Assembly (NCBI GenBank): GCA_029259055.1
Contig: JAPDJP010000007.1
Span: 3,289 to 67,288 of the forward strand
Origin: Thermoplasmatota archaeon
Lineage (GTDB): Archaea; Thermoplasmatota; E2; UBA202; JdFR-43
Reading direction: 5' to 3'
Length of the DNA stretch: 64,000 nt
Shown here: piece by piece, positions 19,839 through 29,986 of the stretch
Position numbering within the stretch: position 1 is the stretch's first letter
Layout: each line of letters begins with the position of its first letter
Notes under the pieces: generated by a model
The model's input: only the letters and a program-made list of their open reading frames with translations
What the model was told of the DNA's origin: nothing
Databases searched by the model: none
Translations under genes and position numbers: made by a program

Positions 19839-21347
19839 ATGAAAGGGAAATTTCTAGTTATTATACTACCTCTATTAATTATTGTGCCTTTTATATTGGC
19901 TGAGCCACCAAGAATAGATAATGTAAATGCAAATCCATCGGTTCAAATTCCAGGAGGATATGTAAATATAACTTGTTATGTATATGATCCAGATGGCGAT
20001 TTAAATCTTGTGAAAGTTATAATAATATATCCAGATTATTCCGTCCATAATGTTTCAATGAATGAATGTACACCACCCCCATATAATTACTATTATAATG
20101 CAACATATTCAATGATTGGTACATATCATTTTTACATATGGGCAAATGATACCGCTGGCAATACAACCACTTCTTCTGTTTATACATTTGAAATAGAAGG
20201 TGATGTAGAACCACCAGAAATAAAAAATGTTGTTGATTATCCGGACCCGCAATGGCAATATGGGAGTGTTGAGATATCATGCGTTGTAACAGACAATGAA
20301 GGCGTAGATTTAGTTAAAGTGCATATAACTTATCCTGATTCATCAACAATAAATGCAACAATGACAAAAAGTGGAGGCAAATACAGATATTCAGCAGTTT
20401 ATACGGAACCGGGCACTTATTCCTATTACATATGGGCTAGAGATATAAACGGAAATGGAAATAAAAGCTCCACATATACCTTTACAATTTTACAAGATAC
20501 CGTTCCTCCATCTACTCATGTGCATATATATGGGGAGGAGGGTAACAACGGATGGTACAAGAGCAGTGTTGAAATAGAATTACACGCTACCGATACAGGA
20601 AGCGGAGTTGATAAAACATATTATAAAATTGATGATTCTCCATGGTATATATATACTGGGCCATTTGAAATAAGCGAGCAAGGAATTCATACTTTATACT
20701 ATTATAGTATCGATAAAGTTGGAAATCATGAAAGCACCCATAGCAAAACAATAAAAATAGATTATACGCCCCCACAAACCACCTGCCATTTAGATGGCAC
20801 TAAGAGCGATGATTGGTATAGAACTGATGTTTACGTGACGTTGGAAGCAACGGATAACCTAGCTGGAGTAGACAAAATAATGTATAAAGTTGATGATGGC
20901 AATTGGAAGGAATATACTGGAGAATTTGTTGTAACCGAGGATGGAGAACATATTATAAGATATTATTCAATAGATTTGGCAGGAAATGTTGAAGAGATAA
21001 AGGAAAAGGAGATAAAAATAGATAAGCATACACCATATGTTGAAATTATTAGACCAATCCAAGGATTTATTTATATTATGAATAGAGCAATATTCCCATC
21101 TATTACTGGTAGAACCGTCATTATTGGAGCTGTTGAAATAGAAGCATATGCAATAAATGGTGTATCTGGAATACAAAGAGTAGAATTTTACATAAATGGC
21201 ATGTTAATGGATGAAGACTATATTGAACCATACGAATGGTTCTGGACTGGGCCTGCTATCGGACCAACAATAATAGAAGTAATTGCATATGACCATGCGG
21301 AGAATACAGCAACAGATATGATTGTTGTGTCAGCCTTCATACTATAA
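19839..21347 (+). CDS. Secreted multi-domain Ig-like repeat protein
   Basis: 502 aa with a signal peptide (LVIILPLLIIVPFILA). Two N-terminal paralogous about 110-aa modules (...YHFYIWANDTAGN.. / ..YSYYIWARDINGN..). Two modules with GSGVDKTYYKIDD...YYYSIDKVGNHE / LAGVDKIMYKVDD...RYYSIDLAGNVE. A C-terminal Ig-like domain. Confidence 0.6.
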   Translation: MKGKFLVIILPLLIIVPFILAEPPRIDNVNANPSVQIPGGYVNITCYVYDPDGDLNLVKVIIIYPDYSVHNVSMNECTPPPYNYYYNATYSMIGTYHFYIWANDTAGNTTTSSVYTFEIEGDVEPPEIKNVVDYPDPQWQYGSVEISCVVTDNEGVDLVKVHITYPDSSTINATMTKSGGKYRYSAVYTEPGTYSYYIWARDINGNGNKSSTYTFTILQDTVPPSTHVHIYGEEGNNGWYKSSVEIELHATDTGSGVDKTYYKIDDSPWYIYTGPFEISEQGIHTLYYYSIDKVGNHESTHSKTIKIDYTPPQTTCHLDGTKSDDWYRTDVYVTLEATDNLAGVDKIMYKVDDGNWKEYTGEFVVTEDGEHIIRYYSIDLAGNVEEIKEKEIKIDKHTPYVEIIRPIQGFIYIMNRAIFPSITGRTVIIGAVEIEAYAINGVSGIQRVEFYINGMLMDEDYIEPYEWFWTGPAIGPTIIEVIAYDHAENTATDMIVVSAFIL

Positions 21348-21349
21348 TT

Positions 21350-22540
21350 TCATTGTAGCATATCTAAATTCTTTTCCAACCTTTTTAAATTTTTATCCAT
21401 TCTTTCCACCATTTTATTTGCTATATCTGTTAAAATTTTAAGGTATTCTTCGTTTACATATACTTTACCATCCAAGCCTAAAGGAGCATCGATTCTTTCT
21501 GTACCCAGTATTTCAACGACAATTTTTCCATTAAATGATTTTATTGAGGAATATTTAAAACCGCTTTGATTAGCTATCGTTAATAATTTTTTAACATTCC
21601 CCATTGAAATAGTTGAAACATGAAATATTGGAGATTGGACAAGGAACCATATCTCTCCTCTTTTTGCTTTTTCTATTGCTTTTTTAACTTCTTCAATATT
21701 AACTTTCCTATGCCATTTGCCTAAAAATCTAATTTTTCTCTTTTTACCAAATGAAGGTGTTTCAAATATTACGATTCTTCCTGAGCAACTACTTGTTGTA
21801 AAAAAATCCGCTAATTTATTCAATTTTCTTACTATTGGCAAAGCTTTTTTATCAACTTTCTCCTTTTCAATTGCCCTTATTAATGATTCAATTGCCTTGT
21901 TTCTAGCATTTATAAATCTTGTATTGAGCTTTTTTGCTTCTTTTCCAAAATGAATTAATATTTCTTTAAATTCTCCTTTTCTTATTCCAATTGCCCCAAA
22001 TATACCAACGAGTATACCAGCTATACTATCTGCTATTAAATCCCACATTGTATTCTGCAAGCTAATTTGTGCTAATGGCTTACCATTTGAAAAAATTTGG
22101 TCTGTAGCAAATTCTGCAATTTCCCAAATTGCTCCCATTGCAATCGTAAAAATCGTTATAAAGAAGGCAAGCGTTATTATATCCATATGGATACGAGGGG
22201 AAAACACATCCAATATATAAATGACTATTAAGGCAAAGAAGGCAACAATTGCTGATGCAAGAAAATGTGCTATTTTATCATAAAAAGGCAATGAATACAA
22301 TTTTAGGACTCCTCCCCATATATGCAATGAGATTGCGAAAACCAATAGAAATTCTATTAGCCAATGCACGCTGAATTTCAAATTTCTTTTTAAAATGATT
22401 GGCGAAATTGCCAAAAGGAAACCAAAAAAGCAGGCAAAAGCCCAAAGCCAATCCGACTTGTATAAACTCCATATACCCATTGTAAAAAGAATTATTTCTA
22501 AAATTCTAGATACAATAATCCATTTTTTTTCTTTTTCCAT
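21350..22540 (-). CDS. taw3: Fusion: N-terminal polytopic membrane domain (YjdF/DUF2238-like) + C-terminal tRNA wyosine methyltransferase Taw3 (TYW3 domain)
   Basis: 396 aa. Residues 1 to about 190 contain 5-6 TM helices with DKIAHF and WEIAEFATDQ motifs. Residues about 200-396 carry the TYW3 hallmark FFTTSSCSGRI plus FLGKWHRKV. There is no stop and no internal Met between the two parts. Confidence 0.7.
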   Translation of the reverse strand: MEKEKKWIIVSRILEIILFTMGIWSLYKSDWLWAFACFFGFLLAISPIILKRNLKFSVHWLIEFLLVFAISLHIWGGVLKLYSLPFYDKIAHFLASAIVAFFALIVIYILDVFSPRIHMDIITLAFFITIFTIAMGAIWEIAEFATDQIFSNGKPLAQISLQNTMWDLIADSIAGILVGIFGAIGIRKGEFKEILIHFGKEAKKLNTRFINARNKAIESLIRAIEKEKVDKKALPIVRKLNKLADFFTTSSCSGRIVIFETPSFGKKRKIRFLGKWHRKVNIEEVKKAIEKAKRGEIWFLVQSPIFHVSTISMGNVKKLLTIANQSGFKYSSIKSFNGKIVVEILGTERIDAPLGLDGKVYVNEEYLKILTDIANKMVERMDKNLKRLEKNLDMLQ

Positions 22541-22614
22541 AATCTGAAGAAATTCTTAACTTTATATAGTTTTCAATTTCAAAACTTTCATAAATTGTTT
22601 TAGCATACTGTTTT

Positions 22615-24828
22615 ATGAATAAAAGGAATATACTGCTTGTGATAGCATCCATATTTTTCATTATATCTCCATCTTTAGCATTTTATATTGTCCCATCAAT
22701 GAAAAGATTGCCAGCAAATCTTAACGAAACAATATACTATGAAGGAAAACTCGGCATAATGAATGAAAAAACTACTGAATTAGAATATAGAAATGTTGAA
22801 ATTATTAGGCAGATAAAGGCTTTGAGGGAGGAGGGAAAAGTTCTGATAATAAGAGAAGATATAAAAACAATAGATAAACACACAAATGAGGAAATAGATG
22901 ACCTTTGTATGACGAAAATTTATGGAGTAGACCCATACACATCAGAAAATATAGAGGGGTATGGCGATTTGAACAGGATAGGACAATGGATTTTCCCAGT
23001 TGGTGTCGAAAAAAAGAATTATTTGGTTTGGAATTCTGATTTGGATGATGCTTGCAAAAAAGGATATATTGATGCGGAAGAGGCGGCTGCGTGGGGCGTA
23101 TATATGGGAGAGGAGATGAGAGGTGGTATTAAAACTTATAAATTCTATGGATGGCAGGATAACATTTTCACTGGATACCTACCTTTATTGCCTGAAGCAA
23201 AACTTTATTATGGTGGGGAAATTACCGCATGGGTAGAACCAACTACTGGAACGATTGTTGATTTGCAAAAACATATATGGCAATATGCGGATTTTCCCGA
23301 TTTGCATAAATTGCCCAGTAATTTAAATATAAGTGTCTATTTGGTGGGAAATTTAACAGCTCTAAATACAACAAATGCTGAATATGAAAGCCATAATATA
23401 ACGCTATGTAATCATGTTAAAGTAATAAATACAACAGCAGATTATTACATAATAAAAAACGAAATTAAAGCAGAAGATGAAAATGGAAGAAGAATTGATG
23501 AACTCTGTTCCTCCTCTACTGATGCCATAAATCCTTATACAATGGAATTTGTAAAAATGCTTAGCAATAAAAAAGGATTATTTTCTTTCCCTATTGGTGT
23601 GGAAAGAGAGGATTATATGTTATGGAATCCAGATATTGGTAATGTTTCTCTTGCAAAATATGTTGGGGAGGAGAATTTGTTGGGTCTTCAGGTTTATAAA
23701 TATGAGACAAATTTAAAAGATTATTATATAGGGGAAGAGCATATTGAAGGGCTAAGCGATAGAACTATCAAATTATATTATACTGGAAATACAACTTATT
23801 TTGTTGAACCCTCTTCTGGCTACATTGTATATGTTGAAAAAGAAGGAAGTGTAAATGCTCTTTTCCCAGATTTACATACTATACCAGAAAATTTTGAAGG
23901 AAGAATAGAAATGGAAGGTGAGTTGTATATTGCAACACAAGCCAAGAAAAAAATCAAAATGGAGAGAGAAGTAAAAGTGGAAAATGTATATTGGGAAGAT
24001 GGAAACAAAATTTTACTGATAAAGGATGAAACAAATACATATGATGCAAAAACTGGAGAAAAAATAGATATGGCATCTATGGTTGAGTATCATGGGGTAT
24101 ATGCTGATACGGCGGAAGAGGCAAAAAATTATGGTGATAGAGAAAGAGAGGGTATCTATACTTTCCCTCCCGGAGTGGGAAAAAGGGATTATATAATGTG
24201 GAATCCTGAAATAAACGCTCCTTCTCCTGTTAATTTTGTAAGGGAGGAAGACCACAATGGCATACATACGTATTTATTTGAAACTGTAGAGGATAGAATT
24301 GTTAGAGACGAAATGCTCGGATTTGATGTAAGATATATTACAAAAACAAAATACTGGGTGGAGCCGAATACTGGCATAGTAATTGATATGCATAAGGAAT
24401 CGACAAAGAAAATTAATTTATTAAGTGCAATTTTTGGAATAAAGGGTTTATTCTGGATAGATGCCTATAAACTTACTTTAGATTTTTCTGAACACACCAA
24501 AGAAAAAATGAGGGAAGAAGCCATTAAAATGGCAAAGCTTATAAAGCTTTCTAATAAAAAAGTAAAAGCTTTGGAAATTAACCTAAAAAGTCAAGATTTA
24601 TTACAGAATATTGAAAAAGCAAAGCAACAGAAAAAGCAGATTGAAAATTTATCTGGAAAAAAAGTAAAGGTTCTGGATTTAAAATATTGGATGAGCGAAA
24701 AATCTGTTATAGAAATGGTTGATAAAGCTAGGAAAGCCATTTTCCTTATAATGTTCATGCAAATAATTATACCATCTTTCCTTGCAATAGTTGGTTTGAT
24801 TATGGTAGCAATATGGATGAGAAAGTAG
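22615..24828 (+). CDS. Membrane-anchored protein with three tandem DUF3068 (PorA-family)-like modules
   Basis: 737 aa with N- and C-terminal TM helices. Three repeats of the pattern FP(V/I/P)GVE(K/R)xxY(L/M/I)xWN ... G(I/L)xxYK(F/Y) ... (W/F)VEP(T/S/N)(T/S)G(T/Y/I)(I/V)VD. A Lys-rich coiled segment precedes the C-terminal anchor. Confidence 0.5.
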   Translation: MNKRNILLVIASIFFIISPSLAFYIVPSMKRLPANLNETIYYEGKLGIMNEKTTELEYRNVEIIRQIKALREEGKVLIIREDIKTIDKHTNEEIDDLCMTKIYGVDPYTSENIEGYGDLNRIGQWIFPVGVEKKNYLVWNSDLDDACKKGYIDAEEAAAWGVYMGEEMRGGIKTYKFYGWQDNIFTGYLPLLPEAKLYYGGEITAWVEPTTGTIVDLQKHIWQYADFPDLHKLPSNLNISVYLVGNLTALNTTNAEYESHNITLCNHVKVINTTADYYIIKNEIKAEDENGRRIDELCSSSTDAINPYTMEFVKMLSNKKGLFSFPIGVEREDYMLWNPDIGNVSLAKYVGEENLLGLQVYKYETNLKDYYIGEEHIEGLSDRTIKLYYTGNTTYFVEPSSGYIVYVEKEGSVNALFPDLHTIPENFEGRIEMEGELYIATQAKKKIKMEREVKVENVYWEDGNKILLIKDETNTYDAKTGEKIDMASMVEYHGVYADTAEEAKNYGDREREGIYTFPPGVGKRDYIMWNPEINAPSPVNFVREEDHNGIHTYLFETVEDRIVRDEMLGFDVRYITKTKYWVEPNTGIVIDMHKESTKKINLLSAIFGIKGLFWIDAYKLTLDFSEHTKEKMREEAIKMAKLIKLSNKKVKALEINLKSQDLLQNIEKAKQQKKQIENLSGKKVKVLDLKYWMSEKSVIEMVDKARKAIFLIMFMQIIIPSFLAIVGLIMVAIWMRK

Positions 24829-24832
24829 CCAC

Positions 24833-26629
24833 TTATTTAAATTTAGGGCGCTTACTCAATAACATGGGCAAAGGGAGCTTTTTAAATGGTAAATTTCCCA
24901 TTTTTTCATCTATTATTTCATTTAATTTTTCTATATTCACTTCTTTTTCCTTGCAATCGAATCTATATCTTGGTTTAAAAATACCTTGTTTTTCTTTTTC
25001 TCCATAAACTATTATTATCGGAATCCACTCTCTCTCAGCATCTCTTATTTTTTTGGCAACACTTGCATCTCTATCATCAATGTCTACTCTTGCTTTTATT
25101 TTCTTTGCAATTTCTATACATTCTTTCACAAATTCTTGATTTACTGGAATTAATCTAACTTGGGTAGGAGCTAACCAAAATGGATATGAACCTTTTTTTC
25201 CTGTCTTTATCTTCATTGCTTCTTTTTCTAGTAAAGCACATACACACCTATCTATCCCTCCAGATATTGATGCATGTAGTAAATAAGGATATTTTTCTTT
25301 TCCATCTTCATCAATATATGTAATATTAAATGCCTTTGGATTTTCAACATCTATTTGGACGGTTGATAAAGCAAATGCTTTTCCTACCGAATCATTCATA
25401 TTTATTTCAAATTTCATAACGAAATAGAAATATCTTTTATCCCACATCTCCACCAGAACAGGCTTTCCAAATATTTTAACGAGTTCTATAGCAAATTCCT
25501 TATTTCTTTCAAAAAATTCTCTTACAAACCTTATTGCTATCTGTCCGTCTATTCCCAAGATCTTCATCCATTCTAAGCAGAGCATATATTGTTTCTTAAA
25601 TTCTTCCAATGCTTGTTTCTCATCCTTACATATTGTATGCATATCTGGCATTGTAAAACTTCTCAATCTTTTTATTCCCGCTAACTCTCCATGTTGCTCT
25701 TTCCTAAAAGATTTTGCCAATTCAAATAAACGGAGAGGCAAATTTTTATAGGAAATTATCATATCCTTTGCCATCAAGTACTGGCCAAAGCATGCAGCGA
25801 ATCTCAAGAACATTTCTTTCCCTTTATCTGCCTTCACTCTATATTGACGAGCAGGGAATTTCTTTACATATTTGCATAATGCGGGATGATTTATATCATA
25901 CATTATTGGCGTTTCAACTTCCATTGCTCCTAAATTTAAACAAATTTCTTCGACTTTTTCTTCTAACAGTCTCTTAATTAAATATCCTTTTGGATACCAT
26001 CTCATATTTCCATAATCAGAGCCGGGCTCATAGCTAACTAAATCATGCTCAAGCATTAATTTGATATGGGCAGGCTCAACATCCGCCTTTCTGCTTCCAA
26101 ATGCTTCGTATTCATAGAATTTTTTAAGTTCTTCATAGCCCTTAAAATCGAATTTTTCAGCTGGTATTAATTCACCTTCTGGAGTTAAAATATACCATTC
26201 TGACTTTATTTCTTCCTCTTCCTCTTTTTTCTTACATTCTAGGTGCCGTGATAATTCTGCTATAGGATGACCTTTACAGCTTATTTTAAAGGACTTATAC
26301 CATCCAAACGGGGCTCTTTTAACATTATATTCCTTTAAATTTTCCTCTATTTCTTTCAATATTCTCACTGCTTTATCTGGAGGAGCTAATTCATTTGAGA
26401 GATGGGCATACGGATAAAGCATTATGTTATTTGTTTTCACCATTTCTGCAACTCTTTTTATTTCTTCTACAGCATTAAAACAGCTTTCATCATCTTTTTC
26501 AACGGAAATAAAAGCGACTAAAGCTTCTTCCATTTTATCTTTTTTGATCTCCGCCTCTTCGGCATTTTCAATTGCTTTTTCTTTTACTTCATATTCAATG
26601 TAATCAGCATGGATGAACAAAATTTTCAT
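24833..26629 (-). CDS. thrS: Threonyl-tRNA synthetase (archaeal type with N-terminal DTD-like editing domain)
   Basis: 598 aa. Starts MKILFIHADYIEYEV (archaeal ThrRS editing domain), then class II core motifs (FRKEQ..., GG.DR) and a C-terminal anticodon-binding domain. Confidence 0.93.
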   Translation of the reverse strand: MKILFIHADYIEYEVKEKAIENAEEAEIKKDKMEEALVAFISVEKDDESCFNAVEEIKRVAEMVKTNNIMLYPYAHLSNELAPPDKAVRILKEIEENLKEYNVKRAPFGWYKSFKISCKGHPIAELSRHLECKKKEEEEEIKSEWYILTPEGELIPAEKFDFKGYEELKKFYEYEAFGSRKADVEPAHIKLMLEHDLVSYEPGSDYGNMRWYPKGYLIKRLLEEKVEEICLNLGAMEVETPIMYDINHPALCKYVKKFPARQYRVKADKGKEMFLRFAACFGQYLMAKDMIISYKNLPLRLFELAKSFRKEQHGELAGIKRLRSFTMPDMHTICKDEKQALEEFKKQYMLCLEWMKILGIDGQIAIRFVREFFERNKEFAIELVKIFGKPVLVEMWDKRYFYFVMKFEINMNDSVGKAFALSTVQIDVENPKAFNITYIDEDGKEKYPYLLHASISGGIDRCVCALLEKEAMKIKTGKKGSYPFWLAPTQVRLIPVNQEFVKECIEIAKKIKARVDIDDRDASVAKKIRDAEREWIPIIIVYGEKEKQGIFKPRYRFDCKEKEVNIEKLNEIIDEKMGNLPFKKLPLPMLLSKRPKFK

Positions 26630-26685
26630 GAGGATAAAAGAAGGCAGAATATAAAAAATTAAGTATTGTTATGTCTTAAAATTAC

Positions 26686-27288
26686 ATGAGCAATAAGCTA
26701 TATTTTTTATTGGCAATAACAGGTATTTTTATCTTATATTTTTTATCCTGTTTACAACAACCACAGAAAATCAATTTACAGGAGTTACATAAGTATAACG
26801 GCAGAAAAGTTATTGTTTGTGGCATTATAAAAAATAAAATAGGAAATTTACTGGAAATAAGCGATGGAAAAGCTAGAGCAAAAATATATTATGATGGAAA
26901 TAAGGAGCTGGAATATGGAGACGAAATAAAAATAGTAGGGAAAATAGGTGAATATGGAAATGATTTTGTTATTTATGCTGAAGAAGTAGATACAATAAAA
27001 AAGTGGGATAATGATAGCATATCAGTGGCTTATTTGGCTGAAAATTATCAAGAATTTGTTAATACGAACGTTAACGTAACTGGTTATATTTATTCTGCAT
27101 ATACTAACTATTTCTATCTTACCGATGAATATATAGAATATAAAATAAAGGTATATACAAATGAAAGCAAACAGTTTGAAAAAGGTGAAAGGGTGTATGT
27201 AAAAGCTTTGTTTTTTTATAATCCAAAGAGCTTTAATTTTTGTTTAAAATTATGCCAAGACTTTCATAAGGTGGGAAAATATGATTGA
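26686..27288 (+). CDS. Hypothetical membrane-anchored protein with two OB-fold-like halves
   Basis: 200 aa with an N-terminal TM. Two similar segments (GRKVIVCGIIKNK...IKIVGKIGEYG and NVNVTGYIYSAY...YVKALFFY). Overlaps the next gene by 8 nt. Confidence 0.35.
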   Translation: MSNKLYFLLAITGIFILYFLSCLQQPQKINLQELHKYNGRKVIVCGIIKNKIGNLLEISDGKARAKIYYDGNKELEYGDEIKIVGKIGEYGNDFVIYAEEVDTIKKWDNDSISVAYLAENYQEFVNTNVNVTGYIYSAYTNYFYLTDEYIEYKIKVYTNESKQFEKGERVYVKALFFYNPKSFNFCLKLCQDFHKVGKYD

Positions 27289-28477
27289 ACTGTTTTTGTT
27301 TTCGATATTGGGAGCATTAATTGGTATATTAACTGGATTGATTCCTGGTTTGCACACCAATAATATAGCTTTATTTTTGCTTCTATTTTCTCAGAGTCAG
27401 AGCATAAATTTTGCAATATTAATTGTATCTGCCTCCATAGCTCATACATTTTCTAACATAATACCATCAACTTTTGTTGGTGCTCCTGAAGATGAAACAG
27501 CACTACTTGTTTTACCAGCTCATTCAATGCTTTTGGAAGGAAAGGGATATCAAGCTGTTAGTATATCTGCTATATCAAGTCTACTTGCTATTGCTTTTTC
27601 TTTTCTTTTTCTTTTACCAGTTAAAATCACTTTAAAAGACTTTGATTTATATGGCATAATAGAGGAAAACATGCTCTGGATTTTAATTTGCATATCATCA
27701 ATCGTTATATTTACAAGTCCAAATGTTAAAAATTCCATAATCATTTTCTTTCTAGCTGGCTTATTAGGTATAGCAATAATTGATTTAGATTCTTCTTTTC
27801 TTTTAAAATCTTCTTCTATTTTTCCAGCATTGGCTGGGCTTTTTGGTGTGCCTGCCTTAACTTATTCCTACAAAAAATTCATTCCTAAGCAAGAAATAGT
27901 TGAGCATAAAAGAATAGGGAAAGACAATATCTTAGCTGGAATTTTTGCGGGTGGCATTGTTTCTATATTGCCCGGCGTAAGCTCCGCCATTGCATCTTTA
28001 TTAGCATTATCCTTTAAAAAAGGTGAGAAAGAAGATGTTGTTGCAACTTTATCTGCAACTAATACCGCCACTTCTTTTTTTGTTATATCAATGCTCTTTA
28101 TAATTTTCAAAGCAAGGAGTGGATATGCAATAGTAATAAGGGATTTTGTTAGAATTGAAGAATGGGAACATTTACTAATGCCTTCCTTATTGAATTATTT
28201 CTTAATATCCATAATAATATCATCCATTATTGCGTATTATTCAACAAAATTTTTGGGAAAATTTATTGCAAAAAATATATCAACAATATCTTATCCTGTT
28301 TTACTTAGAATATCGTTGGGCATCATAATATTTATGGTTTTCTTATTTAATGGCCCAATAGGACTGTTCATTCTATTAATTTCTTCATTAATTGGCATCT
28401 TATGTTTGAAAATGAAAGTTAGAAGGAGTATTTGTATGGGTGTTCTTTTAGTTCCTTTAATCATGTCATATCTATAA
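27281..28477 (+). CDS. DUF112 / TctA-like polytopic membrane protein
   Basis: 398 aa, about 10 TM helices. N-terminal GALIGILTGLIPGLH and internal GGIVSILPGVSSA are typical of the DUF112 (TctA) family. Confidence 0.55.
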   Translation: MIELFLFSILGALIGILTGLIPGLHTNNIALFLLLFSQSQSINFAILIVSASIAHTFSNIIPSTFVGAPEDETALLVLPAHSMLLEGKGYQAVSISAISSLLAIAFSFLFLLPVKITLKDFDLYGIIEENMLWILICISSIVIFTSPNVKNSIIIFFLAGLLGIAIIDLDSSFLLKSSSIFPALAGLFGVPALTYSYKKFIPKQEIVEHKRIGKDNILAGIFAGGIVSILPGVSSAIASLLALSFKKGEKEDVVATLSATNTATSFFVISMLFIIFKARSGYAIVIRDFVRIEEWEHLLMPSLLNYFLISIIISSIIAYYSTKFLGKFIAKNISTISYPVLLRISLGIIIFMVFLFNGPIGLFILLISSLIGILCLKMKVRRSICMGVLLVPLIMSYL

Positions 28478-28486
28478 TTTTAACTT

Positions 28487-28942
28487 TTATAAAAACAAAT
28501 TTTTAGCCTCCTCAATGAATTCTTTTATATCTATTCCTTTTCTTTTTGCAACAACCAAGGCAGCAATTTCTGGATATATTTCCAGATTTTCTGAAATATT
28601 TCTTATTTCCTCTCTAATTTTTTTCTCTCCAATTTTTGTATTTCTAACAATTTTACTAATAATTTTTGATAACAAATCCTTTTCCATCTCTTCAAGTTTT
28701 TCTTCGTCAAATTTAAAGCCCAAAGGTATTTCAATTTCCCTATAATCAAAATTAGGTATTATTTCTTCTCCTTCCCTTCTAACAAGATTTAATTCTAAAG
28801 CCTTTTCTACAACTTTTTTTCCTTGCCCAGGCGTCATCCAGCCAAGCTCAAAGGACAAACTCATATAAATATCCTTTTCTTTCATCTTTTCTTTTCCACT
28901 CCTTTGGAAGATAAATGCTATTAATTTTTTTAAGTCCTCCAT
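28487..28942 (-). CDS. DUF2240-like archaeal protein (hypothetical)
   Basis: 151 aa. An N-terminal winged-helix-like segment (MSLSFELGWMTPGQGKKVVEKALELNLV) resembles DUF2240. Weak call. Confidence 0.4.
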   Translation of the reverse strand: MEDLKKLIAFIFQRSGKEKMKEKDIYMSLSFELGWMTPGQGKKVVEKALELNLVRREGEEIIPNFDYREIEIPLGFKFDEEKLEEMEKDLLSKIISKIVRNTKIGEKKIREEIRNISENLEIYPEIAALVVAKRKGIDIKEFIEEAKNLFL

Positions 28943-29421
28943 TATCTTATCCTCCTAACTACTTCTTCATTTAAATATATTTTCCAAATTTCCACATCTC
29001 CTTTAAGATTTTGTGTTTCATCTAAAATAATACCAGTAAATCCATATCTTCTAACCTTTTTAATTGCTTCTTTTTCATCTTCCTCAGCAATAAAAATCTC
29101 TTTCTCACACATCTCGCTTATTTCCCTTAAATAATCTTCCTCCATGTTCCTAATTGTTATTCTATTAGCCCCTATTACTATTAAATCCATAACATCTTCA
29201 ACATATCTTGGATAGGCATCTACCCATATATTGGCTCTTATTTTCTTATATAAGTCAATATTTGCTGAATTTTTTCTATAACCATCTAAATCAATTAAAT
29301 AAACTCCCCCATATTGTTTATTAAGTTCCTCTATAATTTTGATGGCTTCCTTTTTTTTCCATATTTGTTCCTTTCTCTTAATTTTTCCTTTTCTTACTTT
29401 TATTAGCGGAAATTCCTGCAC
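28942..29421 (-). CDS. Hypothetical protein, distant HisA/HisF-like (beta-alpha) segment
   Basis: 159 aa. VYLIDLDGYRKNSANIDLY and VIGANRITI recall HisA/HisF-family strands, but the protein is too short for a full barrel. Confidence 0.3.
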   Translation of the reverse strand: MQEFPLIKVRKGKIKRKEQIWKKKEAIKIIEELNKQYGGVYLIDLDGYRKNSANIDLYKKIRANIWVDAYPRYVEDVMDLIVIGANRITIRNMEEDYLREISEMCEKEIFIAEEDEKEAIKKVRRYGFTGIILDETQNLKGDVEIWKIYLNEEVVRRIR

Positions 29422-29491
29422 TTTTTGTAAATTTGTTTTTATAATAAAAACTTTGGCAACATATTTTTATAGATAACCATATTACACAATA

Positions 29492-29956
29492 ATGGAACTC
29501 AGGGACATAAGGGGAATTGGGAGTGTTTATGAAAGTAAATTAAGGGAAGCAGGTATAGAGAAAGCAGAAGACCTCATTATGAAAGATTTAAAAGAAATTT
29601 CTGAAAAAACGGGCATCAGCATCTCGAGGCTAGAAAAATGGCGGGAGGAGGCAAGGAAAAAAATAGGATATAAAAAGGCGGAGGTGGCGGAAGATATTTC
29701 AAAAGAAGCATTTATTGAAATAAAAGGGGAGAGAGTAAGAGTAAAAATAAAGAATGTATGGCATGAAAATGTGCCTCTTTATATTGGAAATTTTGATGAA
29801 GTAAAAGGAAAAATCGAAAAAGAGGAAATCGCTGTTTATTCAGGAAATAAAACAATGCTATGGTTTAATGGAAAATGGTATGAGAATATACCAGTATCAA
29901 AAGAAAGAAAAAAGAAAGGCTTTCTGGAAAAAATAAAGGAATGGTTAAGTAAATAA
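29492..29956 (+). CDS. Helix-hairpin-helix domain protein (hypothetical)
   Basis: 154 aa. N-terminal LRDIRGIGSVYESKLREAGIEKAEDL HhH motif. No motif recognised in the C-terminal part. Confidence 0.4.
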   Translation: MELRDIRGIGSVYESKLREAGIEKAEDLIMKDLKEISEKTGISISRLEKWREEARKKIGYKKAEVAEDISKEAFIEIKGERVRVKIKNVWHENVPLYIGNFDEVKGKIEKEEIAVYSGNKTMLWFNGKWYENIPVSKERKKKGFLEKIKEWLSK

Positions 29957-29986
29957 ATGAGGAAAGGATATAAAAAAGGTGAAAAA

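Noticed and set aside
28942-29421. Possible HisA/HisF (proFAR isomerase-like) enzyme.
   Set aside because: Only two short strand-like motifs resemble the family and the protein (159 aa) is too short for a TIM barrel. It is kept as hypothetical with low confidence rather than assigned a function.
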